DNA from: Octopus sinensis
Lineage: Eukaryota
Length of the DNA: 64,000 bases
Direction: 5' to 3'
Assembly (NCBI RefSeq): GCF_006345805.1
Contig: NC_043000.1
Location: 49,910,001-49,974,000, forward strand
The translations under genes were made by a program, and so were the position numbers. The notes beneath the pieces were generated by a model, which was not told the DNA's origin, did not search any database, and saw only the letters and a program-made list of their open reading frames with translations. Positions 27,960 through 41,000 of this stretch are shown piece by piece; the stretch's first letter is position 1, and each line of letters begins with the position of its first letter.

Positions 27960-28232
27960 GTACCGCTTGGATGGCTCCTGTGCCAGCAACACATAAAAAG
28001 CACCATTCGAGCATGGTTGATTCCAGTACTGCCTGACTGGCCCCCATGCCAGTAGCACATAAAAAGCACCCACTACACTCTCAGAGTGGTTGGTGTTAGG
28101 AAGGGCATCCAGCTGTATAAACGTTGCCAGATCAGATTGGGGCCTGGTAAATCCTCCTGACTTGCCAGTCTTCAGTGAAACCGTCCAATTCATGCCAGCA
28201 TGGAAAGCGGATGTTAAGTGATGATGATGATG
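27960..28232 (+). mobile_element. RTE 3'-tail fragment
   Basis: Ends ...CATGGAAAGCGGATGTTAAGTGATGATGATGATG, the reverse complement of the 9520 family. Confidence 0.75.
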
Positions 28233-28239
28233 GCATATA

Positions 28240-28910
28240 CAGGGTGTGATGAATAAATTGTCATCTAAATTATGCAAAATAAAACTAACACTGACATCTT
28301 ATTTTAACAGGTATATTTACCAAAATTGCATAAAAATATCTTGAAATACTAAAAAGTAAATTTTTTCAATAAAATCACCATTGGCTTCAACCACGGCCTC
28401 CAGACAACTTCAGAATCTCTTGCAACTCTTATGGATGGTTTCTTTGGTTAAGTTGTTAAATGCTGCCATAATTCTTATCTTCAGTTCACCTTTGATGTTA
28501 TAAGGAGTTTTGTTGGTCTCTCACTCAACTGTTCCCCACACATAATAATCAAGGGTGTTGCAGTCTGGGGAATTAATTGACCAGATGTTAGGGGTGATGT
28601 GGTCACAGAAATTGTCTGACAAACATGACTAGGTTCTTCTGCTTGTGTGGCATGGTGCAGTGTTCTGTTGCCAGACATAGAGTCTTCCAGCAGTCACCAT
28701 CTTGACCCAGGGCAGCACTGCCTCCTCCAGGCACTTGACAAAGGCTTCCATGTTGAGTTTGAGGTCATGTGGGAAGATGACGTCACCATCACTAGTGATC
28801 ACTCCAAACACCATGATGTTGACTGGATGTTTGATTTTTAACACTCTTGGTACATGTTTTGAGGACACAGCAAGCCAACAGTTGTTCCGTGTGTTGATCA
28901 TCTGATCCTG
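28240..28910 (-). mobile_element. Tc1/mariner superfamily, DD37D (maT-like) transposase C-terminal remnant with terminal repeat
   Basis: Minus-strand translation IMVFGVITSDG...YVWQQNTAPCHTSRRT...NSPDCNTLDYYVWG has 37 residues between the second and third catalytic positions. The end reads TA-CAGGGTGTG. Frameshifts are present. Confidence 0.85.
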
Positions 28911-30003
28911 GCAGAAAATATATGTGTGTGTGGGGGGGGGGGGCATGCACATGCACACCCATGCACAGATGCCTATGTTCGTATCAATGTAGACATGCAT
29001 GCAAAACCATATAAGCGCATCCATACACCCACATACACAACTATATACTTATGCATACCACCCCTCCCTACATCCCCTCCAGCAACCTGACTGATTTCCT
29101 GTCCACCACATGTTTGATTTCCTGTTCACCATGCAGTGATTTCCTAATAACTGTCTTCACTGATATACAGTTATACAAACATCAAACCATGACACCACGT
29201 GACCTTCCTCGACCAATTGTAGCCCACCTTAAAGTAATAACAATCGACTTCTTTCATTCAAATTCAAAATGGCTGAAGATTAACATCATAGTTGAAACTC
29301 TCAGAGCACCAACAAATTTGAATCAAACTGTTTTGATCCATACATGTAATTCCCAATAAAGTTGTTGAGTGCCCTTCTTTTGTTTGTCCACTCACACCTA
29401 TGAATATATATATGGTGGTTGTTCCAGATTTATGGTTTAACCAAAAAGGAATGCACACTTACTCCTCCACATGCTTAAATGCATTTATATAATACAGCCT
29501 TCTTTCCTCCATTCCCATCCAGCAAATCTTCTCATAAGGGTTTAGTGACACCAGGGCTATAGTAGAAGAGACTTGCCCGAGGTACTGCGTAGTGGTATTG
29601 ACCTCCCTAATCATGTTGTCATGAAATGGACTTCTAAAACATCCATCCATACCCAAAACTGTAAATATGGAAAGAATACAGGAAAATCATATCAGAAGCA
29701 AATCTAAATGTAAAAGTAAATATATCTTACAAAATTTTTTTCTTGAAACTGTTTGTTTTTAAAAATTTATATTTTTTTGAAATATCATATTTCAAAATAA
29801 AGATTAATATAAAATAAAACAGCAAAGATATGCAAGCAGTTTAAAATAACAATAAATTGTAGAGAATCTGGCTCATTTATAACTGAAAACAATTAGATAT
29901 GGAACAATGCAACAGATCTGAAATAAAATTGCATTTATTACAGTATAACATTGTCATTGTATTTTGAGACAATTAAAGAATAGTTGTTCTTAGCTGTTTT
30001 AAG

Positions 30004-30225
30004 CTTAACCCTTCAACATTCAGATTACTCTGTCAAATGTAATATTTATTTATTCATTTTGTTTTCAATTAATCATGCATTATCTCGTGGCTTTGAGATT
30101 TCAAAGATGTCATTGTTATTTTTGGATTGACGTTGTAGGATAAATGTGAGAAACTCGATATGGCCAGTTTGAACATAAAACAGGTAGAATATTTGGGCTG
30201 AATTTGGCCAGTTTAAATGCTAAAC
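30004..30225. mobile_element. Second copy of the outer TTAA-type MITE (right end incomplete)
   Basis: TTAACCCTTCAACATTCAGATTACTCTGTCAAATG... is colinear with 12223-12427. Confidence 0.7.
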
Positions 30226-30794
30226 AACCACTTGGGCCTTGGATACCTTTAGTAAAAGCCATTATACTATAAAGCATCCAGACCAGGTTTCTGATTTTTA
30301 CCTATTTTTCCTCAATCAGTATCTCATGCTATACATGATATAAAGATTATTGGCTAGGCCTTGCTCACATCTCACTAAGCCACTGAAGTATCCTAAATAT
30401 TTAGAAATGTTCCCCTATTTTTAACTGAATTCAGTCATTGGTTTGCAACCATGCTGTGGCATCACTTTCAAATATTTTATTCATTTGTATCGATCATTTT
30501 AAAGTGTATGGCTATTATTTGTTTAATTTCTATTGAAAAAGAGAAGCGTAGTTAACCAAGTGAAAAGGAATATTAGCCACTGAAGATGAAATGCTGCAAG
30601 GAGCTTTCTGATCACGTTGATCACACACACACAGATTTCCAGTATAGGTAGTGAAGGCAGGAATGGGTTGGCACATCATAGATGGCTTCACCTGTGGAAA
30701 TAGCAATAGCAGTAAGTAGATGGAATGAAGAGAAAGTGCATTCTGGGAAAGAAGAGTGAGAAGATGGCTGGTATGTATGTACAAGCTGGTACAA

Positions 30795-31025
30795 GGCGGT
30801 GAGCTGGCAGAATCATTAGCATGCCGGGCGAAATGCTTAGCGGTATTTCGTCTGCCGCTATGTTCTGAGTTCAAATTCCGCCAAGGTCGACTTTGCCTTT
30901 CATCCTTTCGGGGTCGATTAAATAAGTACCAGTTACACACTGGGGTCGATATAATCGACTTAATCCGTTTGTCTGTTCTTGTTTGTCCTCTCTTTGTTTA
31001 GCCCCTTGTGGGCAGTAAAGAAATT
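30795..31025 (+). mobile_element. Well-preserved SINE family B
   Basis: GGCGGTGAGCTGGCAGAATCATTAGCATGCCGGGCG...GAGTTCAAATTCC (B-box-like). CpGs are retained and there are many diverged copies in the window. Confidence 0.85.
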
Positions 31026-31189
31026 GGTATGTATGTATGTGTGTGTGGTAGCATGTGTATGTATGATTGCATGTGTGTGTGTGTGTGTGTGGAATAATTG
31101 CATGTCTGTAGTGCTAGTGCCGCAATAAAAGTACCTGTACTGGTGCTTCATGAAAAATACCCAGTACTCTTTAAAGTGGTTCAATACAA

Positions 31190-31759
31190 GGCAAAATCGT
31201 TTTGCTTTTATGCCATGACAGCAAAGAACAGCAAGTTTTAAGATGATGTGTTATTTGATATTCATTCAGTTCATGTGGTATCCACTTGTCCAGCTTCTTT
31301 ACTTTGCTGATGGTCCAATACAGTTGGAATTGAAACATCAAACCTTGCTGCTAATTCATGCGTAGTTTGAGATGTATCTGCCTCTACTACAGTTTCCAGC
31401 TCATCATTATCCACCTTGGTCTTAGGTCTACCACAGGGCTGATTTTCAAGAGTAATGTCACCAAACCAGAACTTCTCAAACCATCGACATACAGTGCTCC
31501 CATACACCACATTTTATGTTTTGAGATGCATTGGATCCATGGAAGACCTCATTCATAAACAACACAAAATTTTATCTATACAAGCTGATTTAGAAGAGAA
31601 AACTCACGATATAATCAGACACTATGAATTGCATTTCAAAAAGTGATGATGTAAGTCTTCAATGTCGTAAAACAAAGAATTATTAGGATAAACATTAGAG
31701 TTAACAACTATCAAACTTGGTGCATAAGAAGATCGGAGATTTCATTCTTAATGACCTGA
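31190..31759 (-). mobile_element. mariner (DD34D-type) transposase N-terminal remnant
   Basis: TVCRWFEKFWFGDITLENQPCGRPKTKVDNDEL (helix-turn-helix region), then after a frameshift KVKKLDKWIPHEL (WVPHEL motif). The end reads TA-TCAGGTCATT. Confidence 0.85.
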
Positions 31760-31770
31760 TATATATATAT

Positions 31771-31886
31771 ATCACCATGACCGAACAGGCTATCAGATGG
31801 TGCTACACATTGCTGGTCACAATGCGCTTCACATTGTTTTAGCCTTCAAATGACGCCACCCCACTGGCTAAGTGATCAGGTCAATA
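31771..31886 (-). mobile_element. Short non-LTR retroelement 3'-end-like fragment
   Basis: GC-richer 115-bp block between two (TA)n tracts. The family assignment is from recall only. Confidence 0.4.
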
Positions 31887-31900
31887 AATATATATATATA

Positions 31901-32072
31901 CCGGAGTAAGCACATAAATGTGAAACAAGGTGGAAAAAAGAGTACTCGAATACCAGAGGTAGAGTAATATGCTTTATTTAGAAGCAGCAGAAATATAACA
32001 AAAGCTGTTACTCAGAGTTTCATGTGAAATTCTGAGTAACAGCTTTTATATTTCTGCTGCTTTTAAATAAAG
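31901..32072 (-). mobile_element. PLE pseudo-LTR fold-back element (family H1)
   Basis: Hairpin 31972-32072 turns inside the GAAAC half of the hammerhead. Flanked by (TA)n. Confidence 0.75.
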
Positions 32073-33118
32073 TATATATATATATATAGACGCCCCAGCA
32101 TGGCCACAGCTCATGAGCTGAAACTAGAATCAATCAATCATATATATAAACATATATATGCATATATATAAATGTATGTATAAATGTATATGAGGTACAT
32201 ACATATATAAATGTAAATATACACATACATTCATAAATATATATATATATATGTATGAATGTATACATATATATATACACACATATACAAGTGTGTGTGT
32301 GTGTGTACACACATGCATGATTTGTGATACTGTAAATCCACAATAGGGAGAAGCTACTAAAGCACTTGAGCTTTGTATTGTTGCTTGTCAAACTCAACCA
32401 TAATTTTCCTTTGTGTGTACAAATACATGCTAAACACACACACGCGCAAACACACGCAAACACACACACACTAACAGACACATTAAGCTTTAGCATTAAA
32501 TCAAGCTAACTTAAAATGATATAGATGATGAGCTATAGAAACTCAGTCAAACCTCTTATTTCTCATTGTATATGAAAATGAAGCACTCTGTTTTCTAAGG
32601 ACACAGTGTGATGTCATTGATATAATGTAGAATTTCACAACCAATGACCCCAACAGTTGATAACGTATACATCACATCTCTAGCGAAAGCAAATTGCAAT
32701 TATCATTGAGATACTGATGCTACTATTGTTGTGTGATAAGCTTGACAAATGATACCTTGTCACATTCTGACTTAAATTAGATGTTTATTATGCATCAAAC
32801 AACCAATTAACAATACCTATTTGCTTCCTACTTTTCATGACAGATAATTGCTATATGCTCTGTTTGCTTTACAGAGCTTTACTAAAAGTTATACGGACAG
32901 ACATACGTACATACAAGTGTGTATATATGCGTGTGTGTGCGAGTGTGTGTTTGTGTGTGTGTATGAGTGTGTGTGTTTGTGTGTGTATGTGTATATATAT
33001 TCACACACACTCTCGTATTATATATATATGTATATACGTACATATGTGTATGTGTATTTATGTGTATGTGTGTATATATATATTTGTATGTATGTATGTA
33101 TATATGTGTATATATATA

Positions 33119-33171
<53 letters not shown>

Positions 33172-35857
33172 ATGAGCATTTACATAAGACTGTTTCCATT
33201 CCACATATATATCAAAGTGTTATTATGCGGATTATGTACTATCTTCATTGGTCAAGGGTTCAATTCAGCTTTCAAATATATTTATTACTACCGAAAGACT
33301 AAGCTGTACACAAACTGGACACTTAAAAGTAGATTTATTGACTAAAAGAATTTGAAACACCAAACTTTGTTATTGATTGGCAATGTTTTACCAGAAAATC
33401 CAGCTCAGGCATTGATGACATGATGAAATTAACTATATTTGGTGAATAATGCTGTGAGCCTGCTTTATTTTCTAATACAGGCTTTCCATCCTTGAATACT
33501 GTACTTCTTCCACCTTCATGAAACAAGCATTGTACATCAGATTATTCCCTCAGATATTGGAATATTTTTCAACATAGAAATTGATTAATCCATAGAATTC
33601 AAATGAGAGTGTGTACCCTTCAACTTCATACATTCTTAGATTTTATTGATTAATTTTCTTTTGATCAGGAGTAAGCATCTCGTCATTTGGGAGCCTAATC
33701 TTATACAATTATTGCTTGTCTTTTTTAATAATTCCAACTTGAACTTAATATCAAAGTAGAGCAAAAACAGAAGGAAGGGAGAAATATCCATTTTTTTTTT
33801 CCTCTCCAGTATTATTTTGTAAACATTGCTTCAAATTAGTGATAATGTTGTCTTTTATAGAACATATTTTGTTAATGGCTAGTGCTCTGACATGAAAACA
33901 ATTGATAATCTATCTAAAATATAAACATGACAAGCAAACAATGTTAAGTTAAGAAATTCTGTTTGAAAACGTTGAAAATGTTTCATTCTACTGAATTGTT
34001 TAGTGATATTTTTTTTAAAGGATTTTAATTTCAACTTTGATGATCAACTTAATTACAGTGAATCTTGTCTTGTTTAAGTTGGTATGATGTTTCATATCAA
34101 AGACACTGTTCAAAGAATTTTTTCAAAGTCTGAAATTGCTAGCTCCTTTTTGTTTTATATTTTCTCCTTCAATAAAATTACACTTGAGCTAATATAACAT
34201 ACCTCCAACCATAACTGACAAATTTATTTCATAACCTTAAAACAAGCTTTTTCTTATGAAATTTGCAATATTTATGCAGTTATTCTTAATTAATGTTGTA
34301 TTATTTCGGTTATCTTAGTGACAATCTTTATTTCAATGATGTTTTCTGATTGATATGACTTATTAACCCCTCTAACCTGGTATTTCCAAGTAGTTTGACC
34401 CTTCTTTCACCTTGCATTCTGCTGTGGAAAATTACCAAGCATTTCAAGTAGTGTTTAACACATGAATTTAGCAGCTTGTGTCATAGGAATTAATAACAAC
34501 AAATCATATATTTGGCAATGATTTCATAGGAATCAGTTCTCTCTTAGATTGATGGCTGTCAAATGTCAATAACATTCTATACAAGTGATTAATAGTATTA
34601 TATTTTATACTTTTACAGTATTTAATGCAGTTCTTTCAATTTTACCAGTGAATTTATTCTATGAGGAGAATAATGCATTCTTAGATTAATTTTGTTTTTT
34701 AAACCAAAATATTGTCTGAAAATAGAGTGTTATAGAAAGTGTCTAAAATGTAACACAATAGATTTTTCCATATTTACTGTTTTAATTTTGTACCATTATC
34801 TTATATTTAGAAAAAGAGGGAAAACAAGGTGTTCTTGAGAAATTGTGCTCAAATATATTTTATATTCATTTTCTCTTGTTATTATAGATATATATATATA
34901 CTTGAATCTTTCTCATAACCTTACTAAAAGAAAGTGGTATAGGTTACACTTTTGTTCCAGGCACGTGCCATCAGTAATTACTCAGGGTAGGCAGCTGGTG
35001 ACCTTTATGTAGTAAAACACAGAAAATAAGAGAAACACAGGTGCGCAACTGAGTTGTAGGCAGATTTATATTTGCCTTTGTAGCACATAAAGAAAATGTG
35101 GGAATGTATGCAGTACGTGTACTTGAGCAATATTATGCATAGCTTAAATACTGAGATTGAAAAGCAGGGATGAATCATGCCTACCTAAACTACAAAAAAT
35201 AATATATTTTGCATTTTATGTATAGTAAGCAGAGTGACCTTCATAATTTTATTGAATTAGGTGCATATTTTCCCATGAAAGAAAAATGTTGCTATCAACT
35301 GCCTTGCCTACATAGATGGTACATCCCTGTTTTGTTCAATTAGACTTTTGTGAATGGTTTAGTGAAGAAAGCATGGGTTGTACCTATGAGGTTTTGCAAG
35401 GGTGATGCAAAAAGTGGAATGAGAAGACAACAGGTGAATAAAAAAGAAAAAAACATTGAGAGCTGCACCCCCTTTGACTATAGAAGTCATAATTAATCTA
35501 GCTGGCATGGTATAATTTAATCGTGAGGAGTCCAAAAGCCTATGAGACAATTACTGAATCCAGAGATAGTAGTGTCTTCCCTTTTCACTTTTTGCATCAA
35601 TCTTCTCATTTTTCTCTTGCACTTTCTCATGTATTAGTATCCCAGTTTTCAGATGGAACTATGTGCCCTGAGCCCACAGATTGCTTGGAGACACAATGCG
35701 TGTTATATAAATTTGCCTTATCTTAATATTTCTATGGCATGAAACTCATAGTAGCTCTTATTTTGAATACTGTGTACTTTAAATGATATTTATCTTTCAC
35801 TGGATGGAGTTCTATTCTGTTGACCCTACTTCAATGGAACAATAAGCTATATATATA

Positions 35858-36002
35858 TATATGAATTTTTTGTGTAATGAGATAAAAAACCAAGGCTGTA
35901 TAGATATTAGAGATATTAAGCTGTAAGACCTTCTATCTATAAATGCTCTAATATCTATACAGCCTTGGTTTTTTTATCTCATTATGCAAAAAATTCATAT
36001 AT
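35858..36002 (+). mobile_element. Fold-back element, PLE pseudo-LTR-like (family H2)
   Basis: About 55-bp inverted arms. The spacer GCTGTAAGACC... and arm CAGCCTTGGTTTTT match the fragment at 40490-40561, which reads GAAACAGCTGTAAGAC on the minus strand. Confidence 0.6.
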
Positions 36003-36187
36003 ACACATGCTGACATAGAACCAATGTTGAACCCTTTATTCACAATATTACCAAATCTGGAACTTAACTATGGTATGTCTATAGCACTTATTCAGCATTA
36101 CCTGACACCTTTGGGTCTCAATGACACCATTATCTCTTATAACCTCAACTTCTCGCTAATATATATATATATATATATATGTATATA

Positions 36188-36388
36188 CTTTATTTAAAAG
36201 CAGCAGAAAATTCAACAAAACCTGTTATTCTGAGTTTCACATTCCCATTCGTCAGACAGTTTTTGCGAAACTCAGAGTAATAGGTTTTGTTGAATTTTCT
36301 GCTGCTTTTGAATAAAGCATATTACTCTACCACTGGTATTTGAGTACTCTTTTTTCCACCTTGTTTCACATTTATGTGTTTACTCTGG
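36188..36388 (+). mobile_element. PLE pseudo-LTR fold-back element (family H1) with a degenerate hammerhead in the inverted arm
   Basis: Hairpin 36188-36317. The minus strand reads AAAACTGT-CTGACGA-ATG/GGAA/TGT-GAAACTCAGAATA-ACAGG. Flanked by (TA)n. Confidence 0.75.
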
Positions 36389-36419
<31 letters not shown>

Positions 36420-37692
36420 GTGTGCGTGTGCATGTATATTTGTGCTTCATTGACTTGACATCAAGTGATAGCTCTAAGTAATATCACCAGCACAAAAATG
36501 GTATCATTCATTTCCAGTTTTCCATGAAAATATGTCAAGTCATGTGGATATATTACCTTGCTAAGAATCAAGTGAAAGTTGGTAACAGGAAAGGCATCCA
36601 ACCATAGGAAAACCACTCCCAACAAATTCTATCCAATCCATTTAATAATGGAAAAATTGACAATAAAACAATGAGGTGTATGATGATGCTGAGGGGGAAG
36701 ATTCTCGTGGGAAGCCAAATTCATGCTCAGATTTAATGGCAAATTATAAACTATCCCACTTTAGCTTACATCTGTAATGCTGTAGGAAATGGGGAAAAAA
36801 TGGTGAAATTTTCCTATATTGTTTCTCTGGCAAAATTCTCAGACATCTTAGTTCATTCATAATCTTTTCAAGTTTTATCTTTCACATTTATATTACTTCA
36901 GATCAGTATATAAAGAGACTTATGCTGCCATGCTTTAGCTATCAAAGAAAAAAAGGCCAACCTAGATATGAAGGAGTCATTTTAAGAAAGAAGTAGGAAA
37001 ATTGACAATGTGCCTTTAAACATGTTAACAAGTTGGATATTTTTACTTTTTGTTTCACCACCACAACCACCACCAATACCACACAGCAGGTTTTTTTCTT
37101 TTTTTTATCATGGTATACTGACCCCCACTAATACTGATCACTTGATATCTTCTAAGTCAGTTTTAAACAAGTGATATATAGCTTAGTTTGGACTATAATA
37201 CAGCTTCTATGGCAGGTTTTCAAATCTATGACTGTACACAAAATCTCTGTACTCTTCCAAACACTTAGCGATTGTACCTTTTATGTGATACTATAATTTT
37301 TTTCTTTTCTTTCTGTTTTATTTTTATCTGTGTTTTTTTCTCTCTTTTGTCATTGACATTGACTGCGATGAAAAATGATATAAAAGATATGTGATAATTT
37401 AGTTAATACAATCGTTGACAAGGAGAAGGAGGAACAGATGTAGGGGCAATTTTATTTTTAGTGTTACTATGATTAATTCATATCCTGACAACTTACAGGG
37501 TCTTTTAGTCTGTAGTTCTTACAATAAATTACAAATGATCATGAGAAAGAATCACAAATTTCAGTAGATTTATAATATCAAATGATGAAGTATTGGTATT
37601 TGTCATGAAAATAGAGCAATGTATGAAAGAATGCCTTTATTTATAGAAATAAATAAAATGAAAAGACTATTATCTTGTGTGTATGCGTGTAA

Positions 37693-37743
<51 letters not shown>

Positions 37744-37985
37744 CTTAGAATACATGTTATGCATGACCATCTTCTATCATATGAAGTGTTTATAAAAAGT
37801 CTTTCCCAAAAATGACAATGTTACTTTTCTTAACAATATATGGTCTGTGAATTTATCATGTACCTTCGGTTCTAATTCTTCATCATTTAACTATGTAGGT
37901 TTAAGGGTATTTTTCTTGCATTTTTAAGGCTGATGCTTTTTTTAAAACTGTGGCCTTTAGTAGACAGGATTATTATTATTATTAT

Positions 37986-38024
<39 letters not shown>

Positions 38025-38029
38025 AACTA

Positions 38030-39260
38030 CTAAGGCAGCAAGCTGGCAAAATTATTAGCATGCTAGGCAGAATGCTTTGTGGCATATCATCCATCTCTGC
38101 AAGGTCGAATTTGCCTTTCATCCTTTCAGGGTCGATGAAATACATACCAGTTGAGTACTGGGGTCAATGTAATTGACTTAATTGACTTACCCCTCCCCCA
38201 AAATTGCTGGCCTTGTGCCAAAAATTTTAAACCACTATTATTACTATTAAGGTGACAAAGTCACAGAAATGCTTGCACACCAGACAAAATGCTTCACAGC
38301 ATTTCTTCCAGCTTTACATAGAGAATTCAAATGCCGCTGAGGTTAATTTTGCCTTTCCTCATTTTAGGGCCGATAAAATAAGTACCATTTGATCTGTGTA
38401 ATCAACTTAACCACCACCTCGGTGTAATCGGTGTAATCAACTTAACCACCACCTCTGAAATTGCTGGCCTTGTGCTTAAATAATTATAAAGGGGGCAAGC
38501 TGGCAGGATGTTAGCATGCCAGACAAAATGCTTAGTGGTATTCTGAGCTTCAAACTGTTTGGGGTCAACTTTACTTTTCATCCTTTCAGGGTCAATAAAA
38601 TAAAGGGACATTTAAGTACTGGGCTCAGTGTAATCAGCTAACTCTGCTCCAACTAATATTACTGACCTAGCCCCAACATTTGAAACCATTTAATAGTAAT
38701 AACATTTCTTTCTACTATGGGCACAAGGTCTGAAATGTTGGAGGAGTTGGGTAGTCAATTAAATTGACCCCTGTTGTTCTACTGGTACTTATTTTTACTG
38801 ACCCTGAATGGATGAAAGATGAAATTGAATTTGGCAGAATTTGAACTCAGATCTTAGTGAATTGGAAGAAATACTATAAACATTTTGCCCAGCCTGCTTA
38901 ATTACTCTGCCAGCTCTCTATCTTAATAAGGCCTGAAATTTTAAGGACCAGGACTAATTGATTCATCTGGTACTTATTGACTCTGTAAGGATGAAAGGCA
39001 AAGTCTACCTTGGTAGAATTTGACCTCAGAACACAAAAACAGATAAAATACTGCTAAGAAATTTGTCTGGCATGCTAATTTTGGTGCAAGGTTATCAATT
39101 TTGAGGGAACAAAAGAAGTCAATTACTGTGATCCCAGTACTTTATAGGTACTTTTATTTTTTTACCAAGCCTAAAACAGGTGAAAATGCAATGTTGCTCT
39201 CAGCTGTATTTGAACCCATAACATAAATTGAGGTATTTCTTCCAGCTGCCTATATTATTG
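38030..39260. mobile_element. Cluster of about six diverged family B SINEs, first three on + and the rest on -
   Basis: Repeated GCAAGCTGGCA...GCCTTTCATCC...AGTAC motifs, with orientation switching near 38700. Confidence 0.7.
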
Positions 39261-39659
39261 ATGCTAATGATCTACTATAATAATACTCTTGTGTTTTTCT
39301 CTGTCACAACATATGAATGAGAAAGGAAGGAGTGATAAAGGAATAAGGAAGGAAGGGTTGATGGCAAACTTGGTAGTGGGATGATGGAAACTCTACGGTG
39401 AAAAAATATGAAACAGTGCGTGTGTATGTAAAAGGAAGGTGTGTGTGTGTGTGTGTCTATGCAATGGAAGTGGGATGGTGAACAGTCAATGCTGAAAAGA
39501 AAAATCAAACAGCATTTCAACTCTGTGTGTGTGTATGTGTTTGTGTGTGTGTGTGTGTGCAAGGGAAGCATGTGAATGTTTGTATGTGTGAGCCAGCATT
39601 CTTTCAGTAACAAATGATGATCAATGTCACATCTCAAAAGACAACAACCAGATAACATT

Positions 39660-39929
39660 AACAAGTGTTTTCATTTGATCTACCATCTATATTCTATCCC
39701 GTATTTAGTCAGGGCCAGCTTTATGTGGCCTTAAGTCATACAAGAAGGAAGGAAAACTTTAAAATTCTTTTGGAGGAAACAAGCAGTCAAGGAATGTTAG
39801 TTGCGGAGAGATTTTCCACAAAAAATTTGGTAATAAAAGGATTATTGAACTAAAAACTTGGTTTTGTACCTTATTTCTATCTGAAATACTACAATTAGCC
39901 CTGATTTTTGACAGCATGGTGCCATCTAG
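39660..39929 (+). mobile_element. Helitron 3' fragment (Pif1-like helicase C-terminus)
   Basis: PVFSQGQLYVALSH matches the Helitron/Pif1 motif PVFSHGQLYVALSR. A stop at 39853 is followed by CTAG|T at 39926-39930. Confidence 0.75.
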
Positions 39930-40262
39930 TTACAAATATTATCCATCCAGAAATATATTCGATTTCTGTAGTCCAAGTCTTTCATACACACTACGATGAA
40001 CCATTGATCCTTGTTTTTAATATTGTTTCCTCGTTAGCCTTGATTCAACTGTACTAAGATCAAAGACACCCACTTCATGACCATCTAGCTAGTTGTACTT
40101 ATATATCGTTGTTATTATGCAAAAGTGTCGTAAGTCCAAAATGTTGCCTTTTAGGAAAACAAAAAAATAACTTCACCATTCCATAACAAAATTGGTGAAG
40201 GGACAAACACAGCCACACACAAACACAGATATACACAAATGTGCACATACACACACGCATAT

Positions 40263-40310
<48 letters not shown>

Positions 40311-40689
40311 GCACCCTTTTAAAGCCTAGCCAGGCTCATGGGCCCTGTTTCCTGGTTTCAATGGCGTATGTGTTCCCCAGCTGGATGGGACGCCAGTCCA
40401 TCGCAGCATTACTCATTTTTGCCAGGGTACAAATATATATATATGTACATACACACACACTCACACACACACATATTAGATAAAATAAAACAGCAAAAAA
40501 CCAAGGCTATGTGGAATTTATAGAACATTTATGAAAATAAAGGTAGTCTTACAGCTGTTTCTTCCTCAAAAAGGAAGGGAAGAATAATAAGGTATAATGG
40601 CCAGGTTTCTTAAAATAGACGTAGATATTTATTGTACTAGCTAAAGTAGTAGTGGGGGCTGATGAATCAGTGAGAGCAAGAGAGATGTG

Positions 40690-41000
40690 TATATAGATAT
40701 AGGAGCACTCTGTTAGTTATGATGATGAGAGCCAGTCCCAGATGATATGATCAATGGAACAGCTTTCTCGTAAAATTAACGTGCAAACGGATGGGCAATC
40801 CTGTCGTTCTCAGGGAGATTCAGCGTGACACAGAGTGTGACAAGGCTGGCCCCTTGAAATACAGATACAACTCACTTTTGCCAGTTGAGTGGGCAGGAGC
40901 AATAGGAAATAAAGTGTTTTGCTCAAGGACACAACATGTTGCTGTGAATTGAACTCACGACCTTACAATCGTGTGTTGAATGCCCTAACCACTAAGACAT
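40690..41000 (-). mobile_element. tRNA-derived SINE family C
   Basis: The minus strand shows CTTAGTGGTTAGGGCATTC...GTGAGTTCAATTC (A/B boxes) then TGTGTCCTTGAGCAAAACAC. Confidence 0.7.

Noticed and set aside
27205-28069. Long Y/I-rich ORFs (up to 232 aa), also at 46764-47322, 58092-58562 and 61932-62517
   Set aside because: These are translations of (TA)n microsatellites.
34961-35025. ARAISNYSG*AAGDL resembling an SH3 N-terminus
   Set aside because: There is an in-frame stop and no downstream SH3 motifs, so it is likely chance.
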